In this document: piece after piece, positions 8,301 to 17,932 of the stretch | Layout: every line of letters starts with the position of its first letter | Numbering within the stretch: position 1 is the first letter of the stretch | Virus record (IMG/VR): IMGVR_UViG_3300043803_002450 | DNA from: an uncultured virus (IMG/VR IMGVR_UViG_3300043803_002450) | Taxonomy: Duplodnaviria; Heunggongvirae; Uroviricota; Caudoviricetes | Strand: one strand, 5' to 3' | Length of the DNA stretch: 64,000 bases | The notes under the pieces: model-generated | Told to the model about the DNA's origin: nothing | What the model saw: the letters and a program-made list of their open reading frames with translations, nothing else | Database searches by the model: none | Made by a program: the position numbers and the translations under genes

Positions 8301-11300
8301 AACTGCTTCAATAGTAGTAAAAATTAGCGGGGCAAGTTGCGCAAATGTTGACGCCAAGCTTCCTATTGAAACTGTCGCCGCTTGAATTGCTGGTTTTAGT
8401 TGTTGAATAATATTGTAAAAAGCCAGTGCCCGGGGAGAAAGTGTTGAAAGGCCATCACTGCCCTTGACAAAAGAGCTAGTAAGCACCTTTACGGTATTAG
8501 TGACATCTTTGATTAGACTATTCGCGGCTGGGCCAAATGCAGAAGCAAAACCATTCACAATGGGAGTGAAGGCTTCATACATCAATTTCAAATTGTTTTG
8601 TATTTGATTTAATGCGCCTTGCAAGGTCTTGGCGGCCAATTGCGCAGCCGGACCAAACTTGTTGTTCATCAAAATTGCAACATTTCCTAGCACTTGTTGC
8701 ATTGCTTGACCCTTAAATGCTCCGTCCTCCATTGCCTTGGAGAACTCTGGGATGCTCATTTGGGCCGCCTGGGCAAATAATGCCAAGGAGCCTGGAAGCA
8801 CATCTCCGAGTTGCCCCTTGAGTTCTTCGCTCATAATCTGGCCCTTACTGGCCATTTGCGCGAAAGCATAGTTGACGCGATCTACTTGGTCTGCGCTCAA
8901 GCCAAAAGCAGCCGTTGCTTTAGAGATGCCTGTAAATAGCCCTTCGATTTCTTGCTGACTGAATCCAGCGGGTTGCATTGAGGCATATAGCTTGACAAAG
9001 CCTTGACGCGCACTTTCAATGGGCATATTGAAACGCTGGGCCAAATTCTCGACAAAAGCGGTGGATCGCTCAAAAGTACCTGTAGCCTCAGTAACCGCTT
9101 TAAGTTGATTTTGATACGTGGCCAATGCCTTTGCGGCGTCAAAGGCCTGATTTGGCAAATCAGTGAAGAATGCTAGGGCTTTGTAGGCGGCTCCATACAG
9201 GAATACCTGTTTTAGTGCCATGCCAAATTCTTCTCCAACCTCTGCAATGGCGCCTCCCAATGGAAGTCTATTTTGATTCAAAAAGCCTCTGATTTTGTTA
9301 TATTCCTCTCCAAAAGACTTGATTGCTTTTCCCGCCGCAAAATAACCTGCGCCCAGCTCCGTTTGGGCTGGCCTGTATGCGCTACTAGGAGCAAGCATAC
9401 CCTCAGCAGGAAAACCATCAGGTGGAACAAATCCTCCGCCCACAGGAGGCTTCCTTCCGCCCCCGCCAGTTCCTCCTGCGGGCGGCAACATGAGGCGCTG
9501 CGGAGACACGGCTCCAGCAAGTAAAGGTTGAATGGTCGTTCCCAAATCGCGAACCGCAACTCCGGCTCGTGCTCGTGCTCGAATATCAGCTTCAATTTGT
9601 GCAATCATTCTGTCCACTTGCACGCGAACAGCGGCTTGAGCGGAATCAAAAAGATCTACGACTTGTGTTTCAACACCAAATAAATAACGCTCAGCAGCAC
9701 GGGCAAATCGCTCGCGCATTGCTACTATAAATCCACTTTCTAGCGAGACAAGTTTTCCTGGCGGCTCTTCAACCCCTGACCCGGCCATCATTGCGCGAAT
9801 TGCCTGCACTCCTGAAGCCGTAGATTTACGCTGCTCTAGTGTTTGACTAACACTTGGCAGCAAAGCAGCCGGCGCACTTCCCGCGATCATCCCTCTCGAA
9901 GGAGTGCCGGTTAGCAGCCTTCCAGATGTTGAAGGGCCAATACTGGCCGTTATTGAAGGAGCAACGGCTGGCCAATCAATCCTGGGAAGCCCTTGAGAGG
10001 CGCTTCTGAGCTGCCGAATGGTGTTTGTGAATAAAGCGCCAGTGACATCGCGCACCATCACCTTTACGACATTGTTCAACTCTCCAGTGGACACTGCCAG
10101 TAAAGCCGCTAAAATACGATTACGAATAGCGGTAGCAGCTTGAATAACAAGGGAGCCAGTAGCTCCACGAGCGAAACCAAGTCCGCCAGCAACACCACCC
10201 ACCGCAAGCGCGCCAATAACGGCACCCTGAGTACCACTACTCAATGCAGAGTTAATAATTTCTTGATATAGCTTGCCGACAAACTCTTGATAAGCACTAT
10301 TATCAAGGGAATAACGCGCTAAGTTGGCAGCAGTTCCCATGAGGCCGCCGGCAGTTAGCTTGGCTACGCCTCCCGCGATTCCACCTCCCAATGCCTTTGC
10401 TCCACCGACGGCAGCTCCGGTGGCAGCACCGCCAGCGCCACCTAGTAAAGTTCCTCTTGCGCCAGGACCAATAGAGGCGCCTAGGCCTTCTCTCATGGCC
10501 CTGCGAACTGCCAACTGTACGCTTGCAGCAAGTTGACGCTCAAAGCCAACAAGCGCCCCTCCAAGGCCAGGCAGATTACTAAGACCCTCTCGAATGGAGC
10601 CAATTACCGCAGAGCGAATGGCGTTGGCCATCGTGCGCTCAGCCTTGACCATTCCAGAAACAAAGCCTTTCTCAAAGCCTTCGGCAGCAAATTTACCAAG
10701 CTTCCCTGTTTCTTTCGATGGCGAAGCAATGCCAAGAGCTGTTTTAAGAGCCGCAATTAAACTATCCCCTAACGATTCAGCAGCAGCTCGCAATTGCGCA
10801 TCACCACTCGAAAGTCCATTCAAAAGTCCCTCGATAGAGTCGCGACCAATTGACCCAAGCGCCGCAACCATTTGATCCCTGGTTTTACCAAGCGTGCGCT
10901 CATCTAGCAAGCCTCCCTGAATGGCGGCGCCAAAAAGGCTTTTAATTTGCGCCGCGCTAAAGCCGCCCTGGCCAGCAGTTTTTCTCAGTTGAGCAGTGTC
11001 AATAGGCAAGGTCCCACGGGCACCGCCTGCAGCACTTTGTACACGCTGCAAAGCCTGAACAAGTCGACCCGCATTTTTGATTTCACTTTCCAGATTTGTA
11101 TTGATTTCAACATTAAATTTCTTGCCGCCGATATATCTACTAAGTAGTCCAAACTCCTTGACTACGCTTTGCCTGTCAAATTTAATTGGCAGCGTAATAC
11201 CCTGACCACCCAACTCGGTGTTGATGCTATTAAGCTGCCTGCGCAGCGTGGTCAGATCAAGGCTTACCCTCAGCCTTAGTTCAGCGCTCTGAGCCGCCAT
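5346..11300 (-). CDS. Tape measure protein with embedded M23-like peptidase motifs
   Basis: 1984 aa, Ala/Gly-rich and helical; tape-measure motif AFAQMASKGQIMSEELKGQLGD; follows tail chaperones. Confidence 0.95.
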   Translation of the reverse strand: MAAQSAELRLRVSLDLTTLRRQLNSINTELGGQGITLPIKFDRQSVVKEFGLLSRYIGGKKFNVEINTNLESEIKNAGRLVQALQRVQSAAGGARGTLPIDTAQLRKTAGQGGFSAAQIKSLFGAAIQGGLLDERTLGKTRDQMVAALGSIGRDSIEGLLNGLSSGDAQLRAAAESLGDSLIAALKTALGIASPSKETGKLGKFAAEGFEKGFVSGMVKAERTMANAIRSAVIGSIREGLSNLPGLGGALVGFERQLAASVQLAVRRAMREGLGASIGPGARGTLLGGAGGAATGAAVGGAKALGGGIAGGVAKLTAGGLMGTAANLARYSLDNSAYQEFVGKLYQEIINSALSSGTQGAVIGALAVGGVAGGLGFARGATGSLVIQAATAIRNRILAALLAVSTGELNNVVKVMVRDVTGALFTNTIRQLRSASQGLPRIDWPAVAPSITASIGPSTSGRLLTGTPSRGMIAGSAPAALLPSVSQTLEQRKSTASGVQAIRAMMAGSGVEEPPGKLVSLESGFIVAMRERFARAAERYLFGVETQVVDLFDSAQAAVRVQVDRMIAQIEADIRARARAGVAVRDLGTTIQPLLAGAVSPQRLMLPPAGGTGGGGRKPPVGGGFVPPDGFPAEGMLAPSSAYRPAQTELGAGYFAAGKAIKSFGEEYNKIRGFLNQNRLPLGGAIAEVGEEFGMALKQVFLYGAAYKALAFFTDLPNQAFDAAKALATYQNQLKAVTEATGTFERSTAFVENLAQRFNMPIESARQGFVKLYASMQPAGFSQQEIEGLFTGISKATAAFGLSADQVDRVNYAFAQMASKGQIMSEELKGQLGDVLPGSLALFAQAAQMSIPEFSKAMEDGAFKGQAMQQVLGNVAILMNNKFGPAAQLAAKTLQGALNQIQNNLKLMYEAFTPIVNGFASAFGPAANSLIKDVTNTVKVLTSSFVKGSDGLSTLSPRALAFYNIIQQLKPAIQAATVSIGSLASTFAQLAPLIFTTIEAVLRFIASPLGRFAIIATAAITVLNGAITLLTSVGLLPALNAVYKFIGGLMAIPAASGVARIAVAALKLAITGLFVGAVLIGLDFVIGKIFGIGEAANDAKGKTRELAYTLNEMANIGDIPGLARKRQEAENEVIIAERLLQTYQKMQRVGATMGWKSLTQQERQFLKEFGAKDIFGQARVAPETGIAFAESKLATALEKRGLAQKSLEAAQRAADRERQKSEQQLQKITFSGEDQKKTSLESYYSLQDQLAKNFTQAEIERIQSSHEHRVKMMNLFYDLEEARANSFQKETIRFQKEVFNILADQQSMMLKASTQIMEARGSVSGAYLQGNIGPTSTGPHFDVKKVGGGYFPRNYLDPYVQVNGRPLSSGTTVPGGTFAGHQRRGSHGWDYAFGQGRFAATLAGGAQWMGGASTAHGEQRRFRLPSGEEFQFLHGRSEGIGAGAPRRVPGSEKRDVVAKQKEQLALQNQINVSREQEAQTIMRLQLATENYVASLIPTAEQELQNQILQRRLELTSSIASPGILAAQTSYAEQEMKTAVAIKLNNQNIAELSKQVDRNGKLYPIAAQQIEVYRKANADLQRSLPASQIQLLTNEILKQSLALQERLQSSQRDAEDRRKLNQLIIGGLSEEAAQAKITADRLREDYATALRLANEVVNKASADLEVFNLRKAQGIALTKGETDEYNRLTEALNNALKARQDLEGRGAGIASTAQGTEQAAKAKPGDGIVQGIADAQKKLNDLTNVEKQVVAGANAIGSAFGQAFRDIASGSQTTQEALSSMFQSIADHFFDMAAQIISQMLVMYTLKLILGLFGGGGGFSYSGANHSGAFGSGSPVNFNPGAFSMPKLAAEGAYWSGGFQAFANGGFVSGPTLGLVGEGSEAEYIIPASKMRSAMNRYASGARGSAVIPGNGEGDGGPTSGLAAMNASSIDVRYTVERINSVDYVTADQFRAGMAQAAQQGATQGEQRTLRRLQQSRATRSRLGMN

Positions 11301-11332
11301 TGCACACTGCCACTATTCTGTTCATTCTATAA

Positions 11333-11800
11333 TCATTGGTCTTGATCGCGACCGCTAAATGTTTTGAGCTCGTCAGCAAGCAAGGCAATAACCCTTCCGT
11401 TCATTCGCCGTTGCTTCATCAACTTTTGCAGCACCGCCATACTTTCCCGCGTAACGCTCTCTTCTTTTTTTGCCGCCTTCATGTCAAAAGGTAAGAAATA
11501 GTCGGGCTTGATAGATGCTTTCTTTCCGCCCATCATCGTGGCCGCCATTGATCCAAGCTTGGCAACGGCCACGCTTTGAATGTTGTATTTCGTAGTATCG
11601 TGTCTATCTAAGTACTTCAGCGCTGTCCGCAAGTCCTCCATCTTTTGCTTGCCAAAATTCTTAGCAGACCAGCGGTCGTCCTTGAAGTCGGACGAACAAA
11701 GCCGAAAATACAGCTCATTCCAATTCGTCATGGAAGCCAGGAATTTCCTGGCTTGTGCTTCTAATCGTTCTGCGATTGAGGAGAATTCCTCTTCGGAGCT
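11333..11800 (-). CDS. Tail assembly chaperone C-terminal (GT) part, reached by -1 frameshift
   Basis: -1 frame is open from the A AAA AAA site (11806-11800) through SSEEEFSSIAERLEAQARKFLAS into the listed ORF 11333-11731. Confidence 0.8.
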   Translation of the reverse strand, partial: SSEEEFSSIAERLEAQARKFLASMTNWNELYFRLCSSDFKDDRWSAKNFGKQKMEDLRTALKYLDRHDTTKYNIQSVAVAKLGSMAATMMGGKKASIKPDYFLPFDMKAAKKEESVTRESMAVLQKLMKQRRMNGRVIALLADELKTFSGRDQDQ

Positions 11801-12315
11801 TTTTTTGCTTCTCCGGCCCCCTTCATCTCTGACTCTTGCTCAGTCGCGATAAATTCAACCACTTTTGCAATGATTCGACGAGGCAAGGCGTTAGTGTCTT
11901 CGGCGCTCCAGTCGGCAATATCTCGCCATTCTCCATCGATCAGGCCCTGACCCCTTGAACGAATAAATGCCGTGACCATCCGAGCGTTTGTGGCTTCCAC
12001 AGAAGAGCCGCTGGTAAGCATGCTCAGAGTTTCTTCGGTAAATTCCGAAAGAAGCTCCGCCTCCGACAATGTGCTTCCGCCCCCTTGGAGGAGGGCAAAT
12101 GCCTCGTCAAGGCCGACGCCTTTGGCTGCCGCAACTTTCTTGGCTAGTTGCACAGCTCGAATAGTGGCCTGACTTTGCAGCTTGCCGATCTCTTCCTGTT
12201 CAATCGCTTCCGCAACAAGCCAGCCGCCAAACTTCTTCAAACGCATGCTGGGAAGAAGCTCAAAGAAACCTTCTTCTTTCGTTTCAAGCAGAAAGCTGTA
12301 TTTGCTCATGATCAA
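11761..12315 (-). CDS. Tail assembly chaperone (G-like)
   Basis: Between major tail gene and TMP; ends shortly after GCA AAA AAA slippery site. Confidence 0.8.
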   Translation of the reverse strand: MIMSKYSFLLETKEEGFFELLPSMRLKKFGGWLVAEAIEQEEIGKLQSQATIRAVQLAKKVAAAKGVGLDEAFALLQGGGSTLSEAELLSEFTEETLSMLTSGSSVEATNARMVTAFIRSRGQGLIDGEWRDIADWSAEDTNALPRRIIAKVVEFIATEQESEMKGAGEAKKAPKRNSPQSQND

Positions 12316-12538
12316 GAATGTTAAGAAGGGCGTTGAACACCTTCACTCGCTCAAAGCTCGAGCGAAATTCAGGCGGTATTTCAACGAGGAACGAATGGTG
12401 GTCGCTTGCAATTCTAGTGGTCGCTTCGCGGCAAGAAGTAAGACAAAGAATGCCCACTTCCATTGCAGTGCCATCAATTGCATTGTTAATGGCATGAACG
12501 GTCTGGTCAGCGTTCACCAAATAGTCAATTTTCATCAA
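12284..12538 (-). CDS. Hypothetical protein in tail operon
   Basis: 84-aa ORF overlapping both neighbours. Confidence 0.55.
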   Translation of the reverse strand: MMKIDYLVNADQTVHAINNAIDGTAMEVGILCLTSCREATTRIASDHHSFLVEIPPEFRSSFERVKVFNALLNILDHEQIQLSA

Positions 12539-13005
12539 CGCGCTCCAAGGCTGCGAATGTGGCCCAAAAGACCCTGCTTTAACTGGCCGGCATTAAAGCG
12601 CTGCGGCTCGGCTAGGTCTTGAGTCCATCGACGAGGGTTGCCATAGTTGGTTCCAACACCCTCATGAACGTAAAGAGCGTATGACTCTCCACTTCTGTTT
12701 TTAGCATCCCAGGTCCAAGATGCTTCAATGCCATTTAGAGCAATGGAAATAGAAACATCCTTTCCGCTTTCGTACAGTTCACCATAGTCATCAATATCCC
12801 GCAACTCGCCGGCTCTAGGGTTTTTAAGGCGAGCCGAAGGATTTTCGCGAGTTGTATCTCGCGAATAGTTCCAGATTGGATCGTGAAACTGATCATAAAA
12901 ATGATCCTTTACGTCTTGCCTTGCCCAATCTTCAAAGGCTTCGGTCAGTTGACGTTCTATCGCCTTTTCATTGATAATTTTTGCGCCTGTAACAATCAGG
13001 GTCAT
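12535..13005 (-). CDS. Neck / tail-completion protein (HK97 gp10-like)
   Basis: DIDDYGELYES and YALYVHEG..RRW motifs; position. Confidence 0.65.
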   Translation of the reverse strand: MTLIVTGAKIINEKAIERQLTEAFEDWARQDVKDHFYDQFHDPIWNYSRDTTRENPSARLKNPRAGELRDIDDYGELYESGKDVSISIALNGIEASWTWDAKNRSGESYALYVHEGVGTNYGNPRRWTQDLAEPQRFNAGQLKQGLLGHIRSLGAR

Positions 13006-13412
13006 GCTGGATAGAGGCGATGGAGGACGAGGTCAGGAATGGAGAACCGGCAGCGCTCATAGGCCACATCATCTCCAGGGACGTAAAAAGGAGTGGAATC
13101 AGGAAATCTTCGTACCATTCTCTCCATCGCTTCGGCAATTTGCTTTCCGTCTGGATTGTATTGCACTAATACAACTTCCCAGAGTTGCGCAACTTTTACC
13201 GTGCCACTCAATGGAGAAGAAGGAATGAGCGAAGGATATTGTCGCATGGTCACTTCCAGCCCGCTTACTTTCCATTCGCTTGGAACGCCCTTTTGCCCAA
13301 CAACATACACTGCAGGAATAGTGCTGTTATTTGGCAGGATGTAAGTGCCAATCAAATTTGGGGCCGCTCCAAGAAGTTCCACTACAACTTCCCTAAGCTG
13401 AAGAATGTTCAT
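13002..13412 (-). CDS. Putative tail terminator / completion protein
   Basis: ATG at 13412 (MNILQ...) just after the terminator; position beside major tail gene. Confidence 0.5.
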   Translation of the reverse strand: MNILQLREVVVELLGAAPNLIGTYILPNNSTIPAVYVVGQKGVPSEWKVSGLEVTMRQYPSLIPSSPLSGTVKVAQLWEVVLVQYNPDGKQIAEAMERMVRRFPDSTPFYVPGDDVAYERCRFSIPDLVLHRLYPA

Positions 13413-13440
13413 AAAAAAAGCCCCTCCGTAAGGAGAGGCT
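13413..13440 (-). terminator. Intrinsic terminator after major tail gene
   Basis: AGCCTCTCC-TTAC-GGAGGGGCT followed by a T tract on minus. Confidence 0.75.
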
Positions 13441-13462
13441 AGCAAGAAAACAGCCCAAAAGA

Positions 13463-14041
13463 TCAGTTGGGAGCCGTAGGAATGATGCTGCCGGAGCTGG
13501 TTGCGGCTTGATGAATGCCAATGCGACCACGGCTAATCAGGTCGAAAGTGACTTCCACAAGGTTATCGGCAGGATAGCTCTCGTTGTAGTTCATAACACG
13601 GCCAACGTAAGCCACACGGTCGTAGTAAAAAGTGGTGCCGCTTGAACCAAGTTGCTTGTTGATTTCGACATACACTTCTGCAGTCTTGTCGTAACGACCA
13701 GTAGCAATCACCTGGAAAGCTTCATCAAAGCTGTCGGGCACGAAAGTGGTGCCATCAACATCCTTCTGGAAGTAAGAAGTGATAGAGGCAGTGGCCTGAG
13801 AGGTGACGATCACGCTGTCAGAGAAGCCGCCGCCGCCCAGCAGGTAGAATTCGGTGTTGCCATCGTTAAAAGCAACGGAAGCAGTGGTGGCCGCTTGCAG
13901 GGTGTACAGGGTGGGAGCGCCACTGACAGTGAAGGTTGCACCACTCTGAGTGATGACAGGGCGACCAGAAGCAGTGATAATCGAGCCAACGCGCACAATA
14001 ACGTCTTGGCTCTTAACCAGCTCGGTGGGATGATAGAGCAT
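13463..14041 (-). CDS. Major tail (tube) protein
   Basis: 192 aa, Thr/Ser/Gly-rich and beta-rich; biased codon usage; followed by a terminator. Confidence 0.8.
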   Translation of the reverse strand: MLYHPTELVKSQDVIVRVGSIITASGRPVITQSGATFTVSGAPTLYTLQAATTASVAFNDGNTEFYLLGGGGFSDSVIVTSQATASITSYFQKDVDGTTFVPDSFDEAFQVIATGRYDKTAEVYVEINKQLGSSGTTFYYDRVAYVGRVMNYNESYPADNLVEVTFDLISRGRIGIHQAATSSGSIIPTAPN

Positions 14042-14078
14042 GAGAAGATCCTCAATGGAGAGAAGAAATGGTTAAGCG

Positions 14079-14468
14079 TCAGACGTTCTGAACGCTTCCT
14101 TTGCCAACCAGTCTAAAAATACCCCTGATTGGCGTGCCGAGGAATTGCCAATAATGATCAGCAATTTGCTCGTTTGGCAATAGCTCAAACCGTCCCTCCC
14201 TTCCATTGATTGTTGCAGCAGCGGAGCTTCCGGGGGTAACTCCTGACAAGGCCAATGGACCAGTCAGTCGTCCCTCCATGTAGACCGCTGTATTATCCGC
14301 ACCAAGCAAGTAGTCGAAACGGGGATTTTGTTTTTGCTTCAACGAGGCATAGTAGGTAACGCCAGTAGCAGTAGCCACATAGTTACCAGTGCCGCTTTCG
14401 ACCACATACCCAGACGCCACCTGCCAAACCAGAGTGGCATTAGCAAGTGGAGCGAGCACGTTTGTCAT
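14079..14468 (-). CDS. Head closure / head-tail joining protein
   Basis: Size and position after the adaptor gene. Confidence 0.55.
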   Translation of the reverse strand: MTNVLAPLANATLVWQVASGYVVESGTGNYVATATGVTYYASLKQKQNPRFDYLLGADNTAVYMEGRLTGPLALSGVTPGSSAAATINGREGRFELLPNEQIADHYWQFLGTPIRGIFRLVGKGSVQNV

Positions 14469-14776
14469 ACGACAAAGCCAATGGAGGAAGCACCAACGAC
14501 GGTTTCAAGCATTCGCTTAAACTCTTGGCCATATTGAGTGGCCTCAAGTCCTTTGCCATACACCTTACCGTCTGTGGCTCCAATTTGGATGCCCATTTGA
14601 GCAAGCTGAATGGCGATGATATGAGCGGCTAAATGCTTTGTTGCACGGTCGGCTTGATCGCCAAACACGTCGCCCACATCAGCCGTTGCCTCGGTGATGG
14701 CCCCATTCACGATTCCCGATGGATGGGGAGTGAATTCAGGAAAGCGCTCGAGAAAGCTGGCGTAGGTAACGGCCAT
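14465..14776 (-). CDS. Head-tail adaptor (DUF4054-like)
   Basis: FLERFPEF...HLAAH...TQYGQEF motifs. Confidence 0.8.
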   Translation of the reverse strand: MAVTYASFLERFPEFTPHPSGIVNGAITEATADVGDVFGDQADRATKHLAAHIIAIQLAQMGIQIGATDGKVYGKGLEATQYGQEFKRMLETVVGASSIGFVV

Positions 14777-14778
14777 GA

Positions 14779-15165
14779 TCAGGCTTTTCCAATGCGGATG
14801 GCTTCAAGACGCTTGCTGATGGCATTGCGCACCCTTACACGACCTTCCACTTTTTTCCATTCCTGGAGCTGGTCCTCGTCGTGCATAATTTCAATCATGC
14901 GGACGGCATCAGAAAGTGGAAGACCGGTAAGTGTGGACACCTTTTGGGGGATGTCCTGAACAGTGGGGGTTTCTTTCAGTTCTTCAATGGCGCCAATTGC
15001 CATAAGGCGTTTGACAGTGCCATTGCTACGTGCTTGAGCCCATTTGGTCTCGGGCACGTCTGAATTCACCCCCGGACTGAGCTGGATCATACCGGCGTCA
15101 GTGATAACGCCGAGTCCCCCTTCACGAGGCGGATTTTCGAGCTCAGGGCGATAAGCAATCAACAT
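14779..15165 (-). CDS. Hypothetical virion-associated protein after MCP
   Basis: 128 aa with C-terminal helical EGRVRVRNAISKRL motif; position. Confidence 0.6.
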   Translation of the reverse strand: MLIAYRPELENPPREGGLGVITDAGMIQLSPGVNSDVPETKWAQARSNGTVKRLMAIGAIEELKETPTVQDIPQKVSTLTGLPLSDAVRMIEIMHDEDQLQEWKKVEGRVRVRNAISKRLEAIRIGKA

Positions 15166-15213
15166 TTGAATGTTCTATAAGAACTGCCAACAAGCTTAAC
15201 GCCCCGATCACGT

Positions 15214-16119
15214 TCAGTTGTCTTGAACGTAGATGACGCTCTTGGGGTAGTAGAGAGCCACGCCACCAACACGAGCATGGGCGGGAACAATGAATTCCAG
15301 GCCACGCTGTTGAGGCGGGAACAGTTCAAGCGGCTGAGGAATGTGCAGTTGCACTTTCTGGGGATCACGCTTGTACACCACCATGCGGTTCTTATCCAGC
15401 ACGCTGTTGTCGGCATCAAGCTGGTTGATGGGCTCAACGTTGCGGATGTAGGGATTGGTGCGCAGGAAGTACTCCAGCACAGTCACGTCCGAAGAGTCGC
15501 TATTGCGGGTGATGCTGACTTTGTTGTAGTCCTCATAAGGCATGAGGATGGTGTCAGGCTCTTCCTTCATCTTGGAGCCATTGACAATGGCGGTCACGCC
15601 ATAGTTCAGCAACTCAAGCATTTCCTGGGCAGTGGTGCCACTATCGGTGAACCACTTATCGGCAACCACAAGGTCAACCGTGGAATTGTTAAAGAAACCA
15701 CCCAGGCCAACAGAAGCCTCGCCAAACATGGCGATGTCTTCCACCTTCTCCTCGTAAGCGCGGCGAACGGCAGAAGCGCGGCGCTGCTCAAGGGCGATGT
15801 TCGCCATTTGTGCGGCACGAAGCTCTTGAACGGTGTAACCAAACGAGCCACCGATCGAGCGGATGTTGATGCTCTTCTCGGTTTGACTGATGTCGGCACG
15901 GGGCAGATCGTCAGCAGCGTCGGCAATCACCTTGAACTCACCAGTCGCATCCATGATGCGGTAGGTGAAGGTCTGGGCGCCAGGGCCAGCCTCGCTGGTC
16001 ACAGGCAGGATGGTGGGGTATTTGATGTCAGCGTACTGAACTTCAAACACCTGAGGGCGGATGTACTCAAGCTGACGCTCGAGAAACAGACCCGCTTCGT
16101 CCATGCGAAAATCAGACAT
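15214..16119 (-). CDS. Major capsid protein (DUF2184 / encapsulin-like HK97 fold)
   Basis: FLERQLEYI...ADDLP..D...GYTVQELRAA...GGVALYYP motifs. Confidence 0.9.
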   Translation of the reverse strand: MSDFRMDEAGLFLERQLEYIRPQVFEVQYADIKYPTILPVTSEAGPGAQTFTYRIMDATGEFKVIADAADDLPRADISQTEKSINIRSIGGSFGYTVQELRAAQMANIALEQRRASAVRRAYEEKVEDIAMFGEASVGLGGFFNNSTVDLVVADKWFTDSGTTAQEMLELLNYGVTAIVNGSKMKEEPDTILMPYEDYNKVSITRNSDSSDVTVLEYFLRTNPYIRNVEPINQLDADNSVLDKNRMVVYKRDPQKVQLHIPQPLELFPPQQRGLEFIVPAHARVGGVALYYPKSVIYVQDN

Positions 16120-16134
16120 TTTGAGGGCCTCCTA

Positions 16135-16695
16135 TCAAGTGTCAGCGGTGAGGGTGAAAGCAGGACCGTTGAACTCAACAATCGCCAGGCCGGAACCGGT
16201 GACGGAAGTGAGGTAACGAGCGTTCGAAAGAACGGCGGTCTTGCCCGAAAGCGATGCGCTACGCAGTTGACCTGCATATTGCACGCCGGTAGCGGTGTGG
16301 ATCACGCGCACTGCAGTGGCAGGGGTGACAGAACCATGCACATACATGGCGACGGCCCCTTCGTTGGCAACATTCATTGCCTGAGCAGCCTTTACGCCAG
16401 GACGGCTATTGGCATCTTCAGCGGTTTCGTCGACATAGGTGAGAACATTGACGCCCACCACGGTTTCGCTAGTGCCACTGATGGTCTTAGCGGAATTGGC
16501 GACAGTACCACCACTTGCATAGGTGACGATGTTACCAAAAGGAATTACGGCACCAGTTTCGTTGATGTAGGTGCCAATGGTGTTGTCGCGGATGTCGGAC
16601 AGTTGGCCTTCCAGGAGGGCGGTCAGCTCAAGCGAGTAGCTCTGCTGAACACCACCTGCAGTAGCCGTGCCCGAAGGGGTGAAAGTAACGGCCAT
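16135..16695 (-). CDS. Capsid decoration / cement protein
   Basis: 186 aa, Ala/Thr/Gly-rich, between protease and MCP; IPFG motif. Confidence 0.7.
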   Translation of the reverse strand: MAVTFTPSGTATAGGVQQSYSLELTALLEGQLSDIRDNTIGTYINETGAVIPFGNIVTYASGGTVANSAKTISGTSETVVGVNVLTYVDETAEDANSRPGVKAAQAMNVANEGAVAMYVHGSVTPATAVRVIHTATGVQYAGQLRSASLSGKTAVLSNARYLTSVTGSGLAIVEFNGPAFTLTADT

Positions 16696-16698
16696 GGA

Positions 16699-17892
16699 TC
16701 AGCGCTCCTTGGAGATGGAAAGAGGGGTCTTCCAAGCATTCTGCAGTCGCTCCATGTAAGAGGAGGGTGCAGAGGCGGGAGAGGCGATGGAAGCAACGGC
16801 TTTACGAAGCTCATCGGTGGCGGCAGAATCGCTACGAGCAGACTCGGCCAGAGTGTCGAACATGGCCTGCACGTAATCGTCGGACTTCTCCGACAGATCA
16901 ATGACATCGCCACGAACCGCCTTGACAGCGGCTTCCATGATTTCACGGGCATCTTTGCCTGCGAAATCAAACTCGCTATCCAGGGTGGTGCGAGCTTTGT
17001 CGATCAGAGCAACACGCTCCTCAACAAGCGAATCAATGTTCACTTGCTTTGCAGCTTCCAGCTCGGCCTTGGCGGCCTCAAGCTCTTGCTCCAGAGCGTC
17101 AGCGCGACCCTCGGCGGAATCACACTTGCCCTTCATTTCTTTGCCCATGGCGTCCATTTCTTCCTTCATTTTGGAAGCTTCGGCCATCATGGCATCGTAC
17201 TTTTTCTTCATGTCCTCGTAGGACATTTTGGCATCTTCGCGCTCTTTGGTGATCGCCAGAGCAACGCTCTCGCTCACCTCGAACTCGGCGCCATCAAAAT
17301 TGACCTTAGCAGTCATAGATGGTTCCTCAATGGGAGATAGTAAAGATGGGTCGGCAGCATCCAGGCGATCTAGATGAAGCTTCACCTGCGGGCCTGCCCT
17401 GCCCCTGCGAACAACGGCAATGTGATTACCATCGATCATCCGTTGGATGCCGTCGTAATGTTCACCGCTTTCCGCAACGCCGGGCGTCGGGTCAAATTGC
17501 ACCCTGTAACCAGCACTCACTTCTTTTGCATCACCCCGCATGATGCGTTCAATCGCATCCTTGTCGGTGATGGTCATGACGGCACGGACAAAGCCGTTGT
17601 CATAAACCACTTCAGTGCCTGAAAAACCAATTTGATAGTCTTTCGTGTTGGCGCTGTCAAGCAGAGCGGGGGGATGTTCAAAAGTTACAGCCTTGCCCGC
17701 AAACGAAGCGAGGCTTTCTGGCGAGCCCACTTCTTCTTCGGGACGATATTCACGCCGAACCCCACCGTCCGCATCGGTGTACATCTGTACGCCTGTGCGA
17801 GCAATGGTGGCCCAAGTACGAAGATAACCCTCGGGGGTTAGCTCATACTTTTCAATGGGCGCGACATCGTAACGAAAAGAAGTTTCGCTCAT
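16699..17892 (-). CDS. Prohead protease-scaffold fusion (DUF2213-like)
   Basis: TPEGYL..ARTG, VTFEHP, EVSAGY, NHIAVV..GRAG motifs plus acidic coiled-coil C-terminus. Confidence 0.9.
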   Translation of the reverse strand: MSETSFRYDVAPIEKYELTPEGYLRTWATIARTGVQMYTDADGGVRREYRPEEEVGSPESLASFAGKAVTFEHPPALLDSANTKDYQIGFSGTEVVYDNGFVRAVMTITDKDAIERIMRGDAKEVSAGYRVQFDPTPGVAESGEHYDGIQRMIDGNHIAVVRRGRAGPQVKLHLDRLDAADPSLLSPIEEPSMTAKVNFDGAEFEVSESVALAITKEREDAKMSYEDMKKKYDAMMAEASKMKEEMDAMGKEMKGKCDSAEGRADALEQELEAAKAELEAAKQVNIDSLVEERVALIDKARTTLDSEFDFAGKDAREIMEAAVKAVRGDVIDLSEKSDDYVQAMFDTLAESARSDSAATDELRKAVASIASPASAPSSYMERLQNAWKTPLSISKER

Positions 17893-17932
17893 AGTGTAAA
17901 ACTAGCAAGATCGATTACAATATCCACAACTC

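Noticed and set aside
15223..17340. 705-aa plus-strand ORF
   Set aside because: Antisense shadow of the codon-biased protease, decoration and capsid genes; no recognisable motifs
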